Program-made: the position numbers and the translations under genes
Shown here: piece after piece, positions 48,086 through 57,176 of the stretch
Numbering within the stretch: position 1 is the stretch's first letter
How the letters are laid out: the number at the start of each line of letters is the position of its first letter
DNA from: Candidatus Aminicenantes bacterium
Lineage (GTDB): Bacteria; Acidobacteriota; Aminicenantia; Aminicenantales; JAFGBC01
DNA: 64,000 nucleotides
Direction of reading: 5' to 3'
Assembly: GCA_963702005.1 (NCBI GenBank)
Contig: OY969696.1
Coordinates: forward strand, 1,632,001 to 1,696,000
Notes under the pieces: generated by a model
Told to the model about the DNA's origin: nothing
What the model saw: only the letters and a program-made list of their open reading frames with translations
The model's database searches: none

Positions 48086-50527
48086 ATGACCGTAGATAAA
48101 AGGATCAAGAAAAAGATCGAGACATCCTCGATGTCCAGGCGGAGCTTCCTCCATTGGAGTTCGCTCGTCGGAGGCTCCGCCTTCGCCGGGCGCAAGCTGG
48201 CGGGAAGGGTTAAGAGCGTCCTTGCCGGCGCCCGGACTTCCTTCCGAAAGCATCAAGCCGCCGCCGACGCCGCCGGGTCGGTCCGGATCGTCAGGACCGG
48301 ATGTCCGTCCCACAACTGCGGCGGACGCTGCCTGCTCAAGGTCACCGTGAGCGACGGCCGCATCGTCCGAATCGAGGGCGACGACCGGCCCCTTGACTCC
48401 GTCGAGGATCCTCAGCTCAGGCCCTGCGTTCGGGGACGGTCCTATTTGCGCCGGCAGTACCATCCCGATCGGCTCAAATACCCGATGAAGAGGGTCGGGA
48501 AGAGGGGCGAGGGCCGGTTCGTCCGCATCTCCTGGGATGAGGCCGTCGGCATCTTGGCCGCCGGATTGACCAGGATCAAGAACGCCCACGGAAACGCGGC
48601 GATCTATATTCCCTACGGCACCGGGAGCTACAACCAACTCAACGGCCGGCAGACAGCCCAGCGCCTTCTCAACCTGTTCGGCGGCTCGCTCGGCTTCTAC
48701 AATTCCTACTCCTGGGCCGCCATCTCGAACGCGACGCCGACCGTCTACGGGACCGCGGTCACCGGGAACCAGCGCCAGGATTGGCTCAACGCACGCTGCA
48801 TCCTGATGTGGAGCTGGAACCCGGCCGAGATGAGGGACGGGACGAACTCCGAGTACTTCGTGCGCATGGCCCGCGAGAAGGGCGCCCGGGTCGTCTGCGT
48901 CGACCCGCGAATGACGCTGAGCGCCGTCGCCCTGGCCGACGAATGGATACCGATCCGGCCGGGGACGGACGCGGCTATGATGACGGCCATGGCCCATGTC
49001 ATGATCAGCGAGAACCTTTATGACGCCGCCTTTGTCCGAAGCCACTGCATAGGTTTCGATGAGAGCCAGATGCCGGACGGCTGCGAGGGCGCCGAATCAT
49101 ATAAAGATTACATCCTGGGGACGAGGGATGGGACGCCCAAGACGCCCGCCTGGGCCGAGAGGATCACGGGCGTCCCGGCCGAGACCATCGCCCGGATCGC
49201 CCGCGAATATGCGACGATTAAACCCGGCGTCCTTTACCAAGGGTATGGGATGCAGCGGCGCGCCTACGGCGAGCAGGTCGTCCGGGCCGGCTGCGTCCTG
49301 GCCGCCCTGACCGGGAACGTCGGCGTCCCGGGCGGCTGGGCGAGCGGGATCGCGCTTCAGGCGCCGGACGGAGGCCCCTTCTGGCTCGTCTTCCCGACCG
49401 GGAAGAATCCGGTCAAGGCCGCCATCCCTTCGTTCTTATGGACCGAGGCCGTGCTCCGCGGCAAGGAGATGGGGCCGGCCGACGGGGTCGTCGGCGTCGA
49501 GAAGCTCGGGACGAATATCAAGCTCATCTGGGCGGTTGCTTCGAACGCCCTCATCAACCAGCATGGCAACATCAACCGGACGGCCCGCATCCTGGCCGAC
49601 GAAAGCCTCGTCGAGCTTCTGGTCGTTCAGGACAATTTCCTGACGCCGACAGGCCGCTTCGCCGACCTCCTCCTCCCGGCCTGCACGCAGTTCGAGACCT
49701 GGGGGCTCGAGGACGGCTGGAAATACGGGGACGAGGTCCTTCTGATGCCCAAGATCGTCGAGCCGCCCCACGAGACGTTGAGCGATTACGCCATCTGCGC
49801 CAAGGTCGCCGAACGGCTCGGCCTGGGCGAGGCCTACACCGAAGGCCGCTCCGAGCGGGATTGGGTCTCCTGGGCGATCGAGGAATACCGGAAGACGCGT
49901 TTCCCGAACATCCCGGCTCTGGACGAGTTTGAAGCCTCGAACGCCGGCGTCTACAGCCTTCCGGTCACGACGCCGGCCGTGGCCTTCGCCGATTTCCGGC
50001 GCGATCCGGTCCGCCACCCGCTCCCGACGCCCTCGGGCCGGATCGAGATTTTCTCCAAGTGCCTCCATGACCTCGGCCGCCCCGACGAGATCCCGGCGGT
50101 TCCCAAATACGTCCAGGAATGGGAGAGTCCGTTCGGGCCGGAGGCGGCCCGATTCCCGCTCTCGGTCATCGGACATCATTACCTGGCCCGGGTCCATTCG
50201 ACGATGGACAACGTCGATTGGCTTATGGAGGCGTTCCCCCAGCGCGTGTTCATCAACCCGGCCGACGCCGAAGCGCGCGGCCTCCGGGACGGGGACGAGG
50301 TCCGGGTCTTCAACGAGCGGGGGGCGACCGTCCTTCCCTGCCGCGTCAGCAAGCGGATCATGCCCGGCGTCATCGCCATTCCCCAGGGCGCCTGGTGGCG
50401 GCCCGACGCCGGCGGCATCGACCGGGGCGGTTCGGTCAACGTCCTGAGTTCGGAGCGCTGGACGCCGCTCGCCTTCGGGAACGCCCAGCATACGATCATG
50501 GCCCAGGTGGAGAAGGCCCGGCCATGA
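48086..50527 (+). CDS. dmsA: DMSO/selenate reductase family molybdopterin subunit A
   Basis: Tat SRRSFL; CPSHNCGGRC...C; PDRLKYPMKRVGKRGEG; YNSYS (Ser ligand position); FADLLLP; INPADAEARG. Confidence 0.9.
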   Translation: MTVDKRIKKKIETSSMSRRSFLHWSSLVGGSAFAGRKLAGRVKSVLAGARTSFRKHQAAADAAGSVRIVRTGCPSHNCGGRCLLKVTVSDGRIVRIEGDDRPLDSVEDPQLRPCVRGRSYLRRQYHPDRLKYPMKRVGKRGEGRFVRISWDEAVGILAAGLTRIKNAHGNAAIYIPYGTGSYNQLNGRQTAQRLLNLFGGSLGFYNSYSWAAISNATPTVYGTAVTGNQRQDWLNARCILMWSWNPAEMRDGTNSEYFVRMAREKGARVVCVDPRMTLSAVALADEWIPIRPGTDAAMMTAMAHVMISENLYDAAFVRSHCIGFDESQMPDGCEGAESYKDYILGTRDGTPKTPAWAERITGVPAETIARIAREYATIKPGVLYQGYGMQRRAYGEQVVRAGCVLAALTGNVGVPGGWASGIALQAPDGGPFWLVFPTGKNPVKAAIPSFLWTEAVLRGKEMGPADGVVGVEKLGTNIKLIWAVASNALINQHGNINRTARILADESLVELLVVQDNFLTPTGRFADLLLPACTQFETWGLEDGWKYGDEVLLMPKIVEPPHETLSDYAICAKVAERLGLGEAYTEGRSERDWVSWAIEEYRKTRFPNIPALDEFEASNAGVYSLPVTTPAVAFADFRRDPVRHPLPTPSGRIEIFSKCLHDLGRPDEIPAVPKYVQEWESPFGPEAARFPLSVIGHHYLARVHSTMDNVDWLMEAFPQRVFINPADAEARGLRDGDEVRVFNERGATVLPCRVSKRIMPGVIAIPQGAWWRPDAGGIDRGGSVNVLSSERWTPLAFGNAQHTIMAQVEKARP

Positions 50528-51138
50528 GCCGCCTGGGATTTTTCTTGGACGCAAGCGCTTGCTCGGGCTGCAAAGCCTGCCAGGCCGCCTGCAAGGACAA
50601 GAACGGCCTTCCGGTCGGGGTCCTCTGGCGCAGGGTCTATGAGGTCCAGGGCGGGGCCTGGCGGAAGGAGGGCGAGCTCTGGCGGCCGGCCGTTTTTGCC
50701 TACAACGTCTCAATCGCCTGCAATCACTGCGAGGAGCCCGTCTGCCGCACGGTCTGCCCGACGGCCGCCGTCGTCCAGCGCGAGGACGGGATCGTGACGA
50801 TCGACCGGGCGCGCTGCATGGGCTGTCGCTACTGCGAATGGGCCTGCCCCTACGGCGCCCTTCAGTTCGACGAGCCCCAAGGCCAGATGACGAAATGCGA
50901 CTTCTGTCTGGATGATCTCGAAGCGGGGCGGCCCCCCGCCTGCGTAGCGAGCTGCCCGATGCGGGCGCTCGACTTCGGCGAGGTCGATGAGCTCCGCGCC
51001 AAGCACGGGACCACGGCCGCGATTTTCCCCCTTCCCAAACCCGACATCACGAAGCCGGCCCTCGTCATCAAGCCCCACCGGGATGCGGCGCGGGCCGAGT
51101 CCGAGGGCGCCGAGGTCGCCAACTGGGAGGAGATCTGA
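50524..51138 (+). CDS. dmsB: DMSO reductase iron-sulfur subunit B
   Basis: CSGCKACQAAC, CNHCEEPVC..VCP, CMGCRYCEWACPY, KCDFC...PACVASCP. Confidence 0.93.
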   Translation: MSRLGFFLDASACSGCKACQAACKDKNGLPVGVLWRRVYEVQGGAWRKEGELWRPAVFAYNVSIACNHCEEPVCRTVCPTAAVVQREDGIVTIDRARCMGCRYCEWACPYGALQFDEPQGQMTKCDFCLDDLEAGRPPACVASCPMRALDFGEVDELRAKHGTTAAIFPLPKPDITKPALVIKPHRDAARAESEGAEVANWEEI

Positions 51139-52029
51139 GTGGCGCGGCGGGAGTGGCCCCTCGTCGCCTTCACGCTTCTGGGACAGACCGCCGTCGGCGC
51201 GTTTTGGCTGACGGCTGTTCCGCTGTCCCTCTCGCCGCGGCGCGCTCTCGAGGCGGGCGATCTGTCGGCCGGATTCTTGGTCTATGGCGGGATCGCGGCT
51301 CTTCTGGGAATCGCGGCCGCCATTTCCTTCTTTCATCTGGGTCGGCCCTGGCGGGCCATCCACGCCTTGCGCAATATCGGGGATTCCTGGCTAAGCCGCG
51401 AAATCTTCGGCGAGCTCGTCTTTCTGTTCCTGACCGCGAACCTCGCCTTCCTGGAATGGATCATGCCGGGCTGCACGGGCCGGGCCGCCATCCTCCAGGC
51501 CGCCGTCCTCTTCACCGGCGCGAGCGGTCTGCTGTTCCTCTACGGGATGGCCCGTCTCTATATGCTCAAAACGATTCCGGCCTGGCGCGATCCGTATACC
51601 CCGGCTTCGTTCTTGGCTACGGCGCTCCTGCTCGGGGCCTTGGCCTCGGCGGCGTTCCTGAGCTCGGCTGGGATGGGCCGGGAGGGGCAAGGATTCCCCT
51701 CGATCCGCTCTCTGACCCTGATCGCGTTCGCGGGCACGGTCGTGGGGCTCGTCGTATCCGTTTTATTGACCCCTCAGGTCGGGATCTTCGGGACGAGGGT
51801 CGCGACGCTCTTGGCGCCCTCGGCGCGGAAGGTCATCCCCTTCCTTGTGGCTCGGGGATTCCTTCTGGCCGGGGCAGGAGCGGCCGTCTTGATGTACGGG
51901 GCTCGCCTGAAGGCCGTTCCCGCGGCGACGGGCAATCCTTTCCTCGGGTTGGCCCTCGCTGGGGGAGCGGCCGCCGAACTCGCGGGCCGCTGGCTGTTCT
52001 ATACCCTCTACAGCCGCTTGGGCGTCTGA
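51139..52029 (+). CDS. dmsC: DMSO reductase membrane anchor subunit C
   Basis: EWPLVAFTLLGQ, SFFHLGRP.RA, SWLSREI, ELAGRWLFY. Confidence 0.9.
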   Translation: MARREWPLVAFTLLGQTAVGAFWLTAVPLSLSPRRALEAGDLSAGFLVYGGIAALLGIAAAISFFHLGRPWRAIHALRNIGDSWLSREIFGELVFLFLTANLAFLEWIMPGCTGRAAILQAAVLFTGASGLLFLYGMARLYMLKTIPAWRDPYTPASFLATALLLGALASAAFLSSAGMGREGQGFPSIRSLTLIAFAGTVVGLVVSVLLTPQVGIFGTRVATLLAPSARKVIPFLVARGFLLAGAGAAVLMYGARLKAVPAATGNPFLGLALAGGAAAELAGRWLFYTLYSRLGV

Positions 52030-52069
52030 ACGCCGGAGGATGAATGCCGCGCGGCGCCGGTCCGGTTTT

Positions 52070-52567
52070 TTATTCGGCGTATTTAAGCTCGAGGACGACT
52101 TTGAAGAAATCCGCGGCGAGCAGGTTGGTCCAGTCCGTTTCCTCGATGAGCTTGCGGGTCGTCGCGAACGAGCAATAGGGCTTCCATTCCTGGAGCGACG
52201 TCGGATGGGCGACCTGCACGGAGAAGACAATCCGGTCGATGGTCTTGAATGTCCTGTAGAGCTCCCGGATCTTGGGGGCCATCTCGACGCCGATGTCGTC
52301 GTTGATCTCGGACATCTGGTCCGTGTAGAAATGATAGGAGATCTGAAGTTCACCTTCGGCTTGGTCCAGGTCGAAGAGCCCCGATGTTTGATCTTCGGCC
52401 CTGCCGAGGACGGCGGACACGGCGGCGAGGTCGACGACCTCGGCGGCCGGGGCCGCGGTTTCTTCCTTGGGGCTCGATTTGCAGGCGGATATGAACGCAA
52501 GCGCCAGGAACGCTAAGGCGATCACCCCGAAAAGAGCCATTGTCTTGAGTCTGAGTTTTTGATTCAT
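52070..52567 (-). CDS. Hypothetical lipoprotein
   Basis: GGAGGT RBS; lipobox ISAC; acidic soluble domain. Confidence 0.7.
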   Translation of the reverse strand: MNQKLRLKTMALFGVIALAFLALAFISACKSSPKEETAAPAAEVVDLAAVSAVLGRAEDQTSGLFDLDQAEGELQISYHFYTDQMSEINDDIGVEMAPKIRELYRTFKTIDRIVFSVQVAHPTSLQEWKPYCSFATTRKLIEETDWTNLLAADFFKVVLELKYAE

Positions 52568-52645
52568 ACCGACCTCCATCGCTACAAGGAAATATTCCAC
52601 AGCTTTCCGCCCTTGTCAAGGACGGCCCGCCGCCCCTTGCTTGAA

Positions 52646-53257
52646 CTATTTGCGGTTTCCGCCGCGCGCCTTGAGCGACCCCAGGAAACGGGCGTAATCC
52701 TCGGGCGTGTTGAGATTCTTGAGCCAGGATGGATCTTCGAGGGGAATCGTCCGCGTCTTGCACATGGAGAAGAGAGGGATGAGACCGTTCTCCCCCGACG
52801 CGACCAGCCGCTCGACGGCGGGCAGGACGGATTTCTTATAAACGGCGAAGAGCGGTTCGAATTCGCCCCGGACCGTTACGGGGACGGCGATCTCGTGCCC
52901 GGCGGCGGCCCGGATCAGGCGCCCCAGAAAGCCGAGGTCGATGTCGGGGATGTCGCAGGCGATAACGGCCGAGGCTTCGTTGGACGCGGCGCCGAGTCCG
53001 CGCCGGATGCCCTCGATCGGACCGCGGCCGTCGATCTCATCCTCGACCTGCCGGCAGGGGAGGCCGGGAAGGGTCCGCCCCCTCGAGACGGAGATCAGGA
53101 CTTCGTCGAAGCGGCCCTTGAGCTGGGCCAGGACGCGGTCGATCAGGGGACGGTCGGGGGCGGGGAGGAGGGCTTTGGCCGTTTTCATCCGCCGGCTTTG
53201 GCCTCCCGCTAGGACAACGAGGCTGACCGGTTCTCCGTCGTAACGAAACATAACCAC
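52646..53257 (-). CDS. mobA: Molybdenum cofactor guanylyltransferase
   Basis: VLAGGQSRRM...KALL, GPIEGI, IACDIP, EPLFAVY, NLNTPED. Confidence 0.92.
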   Translation of the reverse strand: MVMFRYDGEPVSLVVLAGGQSRRMKTAKALLPAPDRPLIDRVLAQLKGRFDEVLISVSRGRTLPGLPCRQVEDEIDGRGPIEGIRRGLGAASNEASAVIACDIPDIDLGFLGRLIRAAAGHEIAVPVTVRGEFEPLFAVYKKSVLPAVERLVASGENGLIPLFSMCKTRTIPLEDPSWLKNLNTPEDYARFLGSLKARGGNRK

Positions 53258-53265
53258 ATTATATC

Positions 53266-53340
53266 AGGGTCAAACCTACACTTTGTCACTAAGTGTAAAA
53301 CCGTTGGTTTGAATTTGTGACAAAGTGTAGGTTTGACCCT
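53266..53340. repeat. REP/REPIN-like inverted repeat (24-bp perfect arms, 27-nt spacer)
   Basis: AGGGTCAAACCTACACTTTGTCAC (53266-53289) / GTGACAAAGTGTAGGTTTGACCCT (53317-53340). Confidence 0.85.
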
Positions 53341-54628
53341 AATCCTCGAGGGTTTCCTGGATGATGTCCTTGAGGGTGATGATTCCCTGGAGCCGGTTGT
53401 CCCGGTCCACGACGGGCAGGGCCATGAATTTGTATTTCTTGAAGAGCTTGACCACGTCCTCGATGTCCTGGTCGGGCTCGACCGTGATCAAGCGCGGGTT
53501 CATGAACTCGGCCACCGGCGTGCTCTTGTCGCAGATGATCAGGTGGCGCAGGGTGGACACGCCCAGCAGGCGCCGGTCCTTGTCCGTGACATAAATGTAG
53601 GCCACGGAGTCCATGGGATAAGTCGTTTTGCGGAATTCCTCGATGGCCTGGCCGATGGTCTGATCGCGATCCAGGGAGATATAATCCTTGGTCATCAGGC
53701 TTCCGGCCGTGCCCTCCTTGTGCCGGAGCAGCTCGACCAGGGCGTCCCGGGAGGGCTTCTCCATGGTCCGGATCAGGCTCTGTTTTTGCTCCTCGGGCAG
53801 GTCGGACAGAAGGTCGGTGGCCTCGTCCGGGGCCATCTCCTCCAGGATGTCCGAGGCACTCTCGGCCGGAGCCGCTTCGAGCAGCCGGATCTGCAGCTCG
53901 GGGTCGACTTCCTCCAGAGTTTCGGCCGCGGTCTCCACGTCCAGGGACTTGAACAGGCGGTCGCGGTTGACCCGGTCCAGATCCTCCAGGATATCCGCCA
54001 GCTCCGAGGGATGGAGGTCGCGGATGTTGCTGCCGGCGACGTTCAACTTAAGGTCCTGGTTGTGCACGTCGCTGAGCAGGGGCTGGACGTTTTTCCAGGA
54101 GATCAGCTTTTCCTTGATCTGGAAGGAGAAAAAGAATCCGGTGAAGGCATCCACGGCCTTCAGCCATCCCAGCCGGCGGATGAGCCCCCGCAAGCCGAAA
54201 TCGACGTGGACGACGTGGAGGTCCTTGTTGACGACCAGGAGATGGATGTCATTAACCCTTTCGATCTTGGCCCCGAAGGTATCGACCACCTGCCTGTCCA
54301 GGAGCTCCTCGCGGAGGAGAATCTCGTCGGCGCCGACCTCGAGGGTATGGAAATGCTCCTCGGCGCCGGGCTGAAGGCTGATGCGGTTGCCGGTGACGGA
54401 ATCGACCTGGGCCCAATCCAGCTCCACCGGCCTTTTCTTCCTCCTGGGCTTGATGACCAGAGACGACATCTTGGGGAAGAGCTCGCTCAGCCGAACCTTC
54501 ATGTCGGCCAGCTTGCCCACGGACCGGCCCCGGGCGTTCATGACCGGCCGGTCCAGAAACCGGGAGAGGTAGACGAACATCTTCAGCCCGGGCTCCTGAA
54601 GGACTTTTTCCGGCTGGATACTGGCCAT
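53339..54628 (-). CDS. MgtE intracellular-domain protein (PRC barrels + MgtE-N + CBS pair), no TM domain
   Basis: LLDRQVVDTFG.K.ERVND, LHPSELADILEDL, TAGSLMT, KYKFMALPVVD..GIIT.KD. Confidence 0.88.
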   Translation of the reverse strand: MASIQPEKVLQEPGLKMFVYLSRFLDRPVMNARGRSVGKLADMKVRLSELFPKMSSLVIKPRRKKRPVELDWAQVDSVTGNRISLQPGAEEHFHTLEVGADEILLREELLDRQVVDTFGAKIERVNDIHLLVVNKDLHVVHVDFGLRGLIRRLGWLKAVDAFTGFFFSFQIKEKLISWKNVQPLLSDVHNQDLKLNVAGSNIRDLHPSELADILEDLDRVNRDRLFKSLDVETAAETLEEVDPELQIRLLEAAPAESASDILEEMAPDEATDLLSDLPEEQKQSLIRTMEKPSRDALVELLRHKEGTAGSLMTKDYISLDRDQTIGQAIEEFRKTTYPMDSVAYIYVTDKDRRLLGVSTLRHLIICDKSTPVAEFMNPRLITVEPDQDIEDVVKLFKKYKFMALPVVDRDNRLQGIITLKDIIQETLED

Positions 54629-54639
54629 GATCTCTGCGG

Positions 54640-55905
54640 TTACCTCTTAAGGGCGCTCAGCAGCGAATCCAGGAGCAGCACCGCCGTCAGGGTGAACAGG
54701 ACGATCGTCCCGGTCCAACCGACGACGTTCTGGAACGTGTTGTTGACGTGTTCGCCCATGATCTTCCGGTTGTTGACCATGCGGATCATAGAGTAGAGGA
54801 CGACGGGCAGGAGCATGGCGTTGAGGACCTGCGTCCAGATGGTGATGGCGATCAGGGGCGCGCCGGGAATGAGGATGATCAGGACCGAGACGGTCATGAT
54901 GAAGGCGAACAGGGCGTAGAATTGGGGGGCTTCCTGGATTTTCTTATTGATGCCGGCCTCGAAGCCGAAGGCCTCGCAGACAAAAAAGGCCGTGGCCAGG
55001 GGGAGGATGGTCGCCGAAAAAACGGAAGCGATAAACAACCCGAAGGCGAACAGCTGGGCGGCGAAGGCCCCGGCAAAGGGCTTGAGGGCCAGGGCCGCGT
55101 CCTTGGCTTCGTTGATCACCAGCCCGTTTTTGTTCAGGGTCGCGGCGCAGGCGACCATGATGAAGAAGGCCACGACCACGGTGGCCGTGCATCCGATGAT
55201 GACATCCCACAGGGCGAATTTGTAATCCTGGATCTTGATCCGTTTCTCGATGACGGCCGATTGCATGTAGAACTGCATCCAGGGGGCGACGGTCGTTCCG
55301 ATGATACCCAGGACCATGCTCAAGTACGCTGTGTCGAAATGCATCTCGGGCCGGATGACGGCTTGGCCGATCTCTCGCCAATCCGGCTTGGCCAGGGCGG
55401 CCGAGATGATGTAGGACAGGAGGCAGAAGCTGAAGAAGAGGAAGATGCGCTCGGCGGTCTTGTAATCCCTTTTGGTCACCAGCAGCCAGACGCCGACCGC
55501 CACCAGCGGGACCGAGATGTATTTGCTGACGCCGAAGATCATCAGACTGCCGGCCACCCCGGCAAATTCAGTGGCCGTATTGCCGATATTGGCGGTTACC
55601 AGCCCGATGAAGATGAACAGGGTTACCTTGACCCCGAAGTTTTCCCTGATCAGGTCGGCCAGGCCCTTGCCGGTGACGATCCCCATCCGGGCGTTCATCT
55701 CCTGGACGATGATCAGAAGCAGGAACGAGGGGAGAAGCGTCCAGATGAGCCTGTAACCGTAGGAGGCGCCGGCCACCGAATAGGTCGTGATCCCGCCCGC
55801 GTCGTTGTCCACGCTTCCGGTGATGATGCCGGGGCCGAGGACGGCCAGGAAAAGGAGGAAACTCCTGACGCGGGGATTCTGCTTGATGGCGGTGAAGACG
55901 CTCAT
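54640..55905 (-). CDS. NRAMP-family (NRMT-like) divalent metal transporter
   Basis: GPGIITGSVDNDAGGITTYS, QEMNARMG.VTGKGL, GTTVAPWMQFY. Confidence 0.9.
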   Translation of the reverse strand: MSVFTAIKQNPRVRSFLLFLAVLGPGIITGSVDNDAGGITTYSVAGASYGYRLIWTLLPSFLLLIIVQEMNARMGIVTGKGLADLIRENFGVKVTLFIFIGLVTANIGNTATEFAGVAGSLMIFGVSKYISVPLVAVGVWLLVTKRDYKTAERIFLFFSFCLLSYIISAALAKPDWREIGQAVIRPEMHFDTAYLSMVLGIIGTTVAPWMQFYMQSAVIEKRIKIQDYKFALWDVIIGCTATVVVAFFIMVACAATLNKNGLVINEAKDAALALKPFAGAFAAQLFAFGLFIASVFSATILPLATAFFVCEAFGFEAGINKKIQEAPQFYALFAFIMTVSVLIILIPGAPLIAITIWTQVLNAMLLPVVLYSMIRMVNNRKIMGEHVNNTFQNVVGWTGTIVLFTLTAVLLLDSLLSALKR

Positions 55906-56060
55906 GATATTACGCTTCTCTCCGGTCGTTCTCCGGATGGCCGGCCAAAGAACGGCAAGGGTGCTTATAGCACAGGCGGAAATTCGTGTCAAAAGATTTC
56001 GGCGGTTGTCGCTGAAAGGCTTCGGGACTATAATCCCGTTCGCGAGCATGCGGTGATTCC

Positions 56061-56984
56061 ATGACCGGCGAACCTAGTCACCCGGACGCCCTGAGCGGGG
56101 TCGAGGCCCGCTTTCCCGGCCTGGTCGACCGGGTCCGCCGCCTGATCGAGGAATCCGAGCGGGCCTACAACGGCAAAACGCGGGACGAGGGCTCGAGCTT
56201 CCTCTGGGAGCATACCGTCCACGTCGCGTCCTATGCCCAGCGAATCGCCCTCGCCGAAAAGCGGGACCCCGTCCCGGACGTCCTGGCGGCGCTCTTTCAT
56301 GACGCCGGCAAGTTCCGGGGCGGACGGTATCATCCCGGCCAAGAGCCGGAGGAAGAAGCGGCCGCGGCCGCCGCCCGGATGATCCTCCCCGAGTTCGCCG
56401 TCCCCACGGGCCTGATCGAGGACATCGTCTCGGGCCTGAGAACCCTCTACAAAGAGAAACGGCCCGCTCATCCTCTGGCGGCGGTCGTCCACGACGCGGA
56501 CTTCCTCTCCAAGTCCGGGTCGCTCGGCGTCGCCCATTTCTTCGTCAAGTCCACGCTCCGGGGCCGGACCCTGCGCGACGCGGTCATGAACACCCTGAGC
56601 AAGGAGCTGACCTACGCCGCAGTCCTTCCGCTCAACATGAGGACCGGCGCCGGCCGCGCCCTGGCCCGGATCAAGTCCCGGGACGCGCTCCGCTTCTTCG
56701 ACCGCTTCCTGGTCGAGCTCAACGAGGCCTCTCCGCCCGGCTTCCGAGTCGAAACGTTAAGAATTCGGGGGACACATGACTTAATTCGGGAATTAAGTCA
56801 TGTGTCCCCCGAATTCATCAAGGTACGGCTGGTCGTTCCGACGGCCTGCGAGCGATGCGGAGGGCCGTGGGCATTTGAGCCGTCGGTCGCCGAGGGCGTC
56901 AAGTGCCGCGAGCTCCGCGTCCTTATCCACTGCCGAAGTTGCGATAACAGGTCCGAGATCTCCTTCTGCCTGCCCGAGCTGTAA
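56061..56984 (+). CDS. HD-domain protein with C-terminal Zn ribbon; contains in-frame palindromic insert
   Basis: WEHTVHV...LFHDAGK...HDAD; CERC...CRSC. Confidence 0.82.
   Translation: MTGEPSHPDALSGVEARFPGLVDRVRRLIEESERAYNGKTRDEGSSFLWEHTVHVASYAQRIALAEKRDPVPDVLAALFHDAGKFRGGRYHPGQEPEEEAAAAAARMILPEFAVPTGLIEDIVSGLRTLYKEKRPAHPLAAVVHDADFLSKSGSLGVAHFFVKSTLRGRTLRDAVMNTLSKELTYAAVLPLNMRTGAGRALARIKSRDALRFFDRFLVELNEASPPGFRVETLRIRGTHDLIRELSHVSPEFIKVRLVVPTACERCGGPWAFEPSVAEGVKCRELRVLIHCRSCDNRSEISFCLPEL
56761..56816. repeat. Intragenic perfect palindrome, copy 1 (27-bp arms, 2-nt loop)
   Basis: GAATTCGGGGGACACATGACTTAATTC-GG-GAATTAAGTCATGTGTCCCCCGAATTC. Confidence 0.92.
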
Positions 56985-57176
56985 CGAATAAAATTCATTA
57001 TGGAAACATCGCGAGTTCTGTGATTTCCGGAACGATGGAGCGAGGACCGCTTTTAAAACCCTCCCATCACATAAAAAGAGATGCTTACATCCATTATATG
57101 GATCTTGTTTCCCCCCGCTAGATGGACGATAATGAACCTTCATGGCTGAGCCGCCAAGGTTCTGAAAGGAGTCCTC

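Noticed and set aside
53339-55905. NRAMP + soluble MgtE-like pair as a novel system
   Set aside because: A widespread, known gene pairing for NRAMP-related Mg transporters
56985-57176. AT-rich intergenic region with small ATCCAT-TAT-ATGGAT palindrome
   Set aside because: Only 6-bp arms; no recognisable riboswitch or sRNA; consistent with an ordinary promoter region
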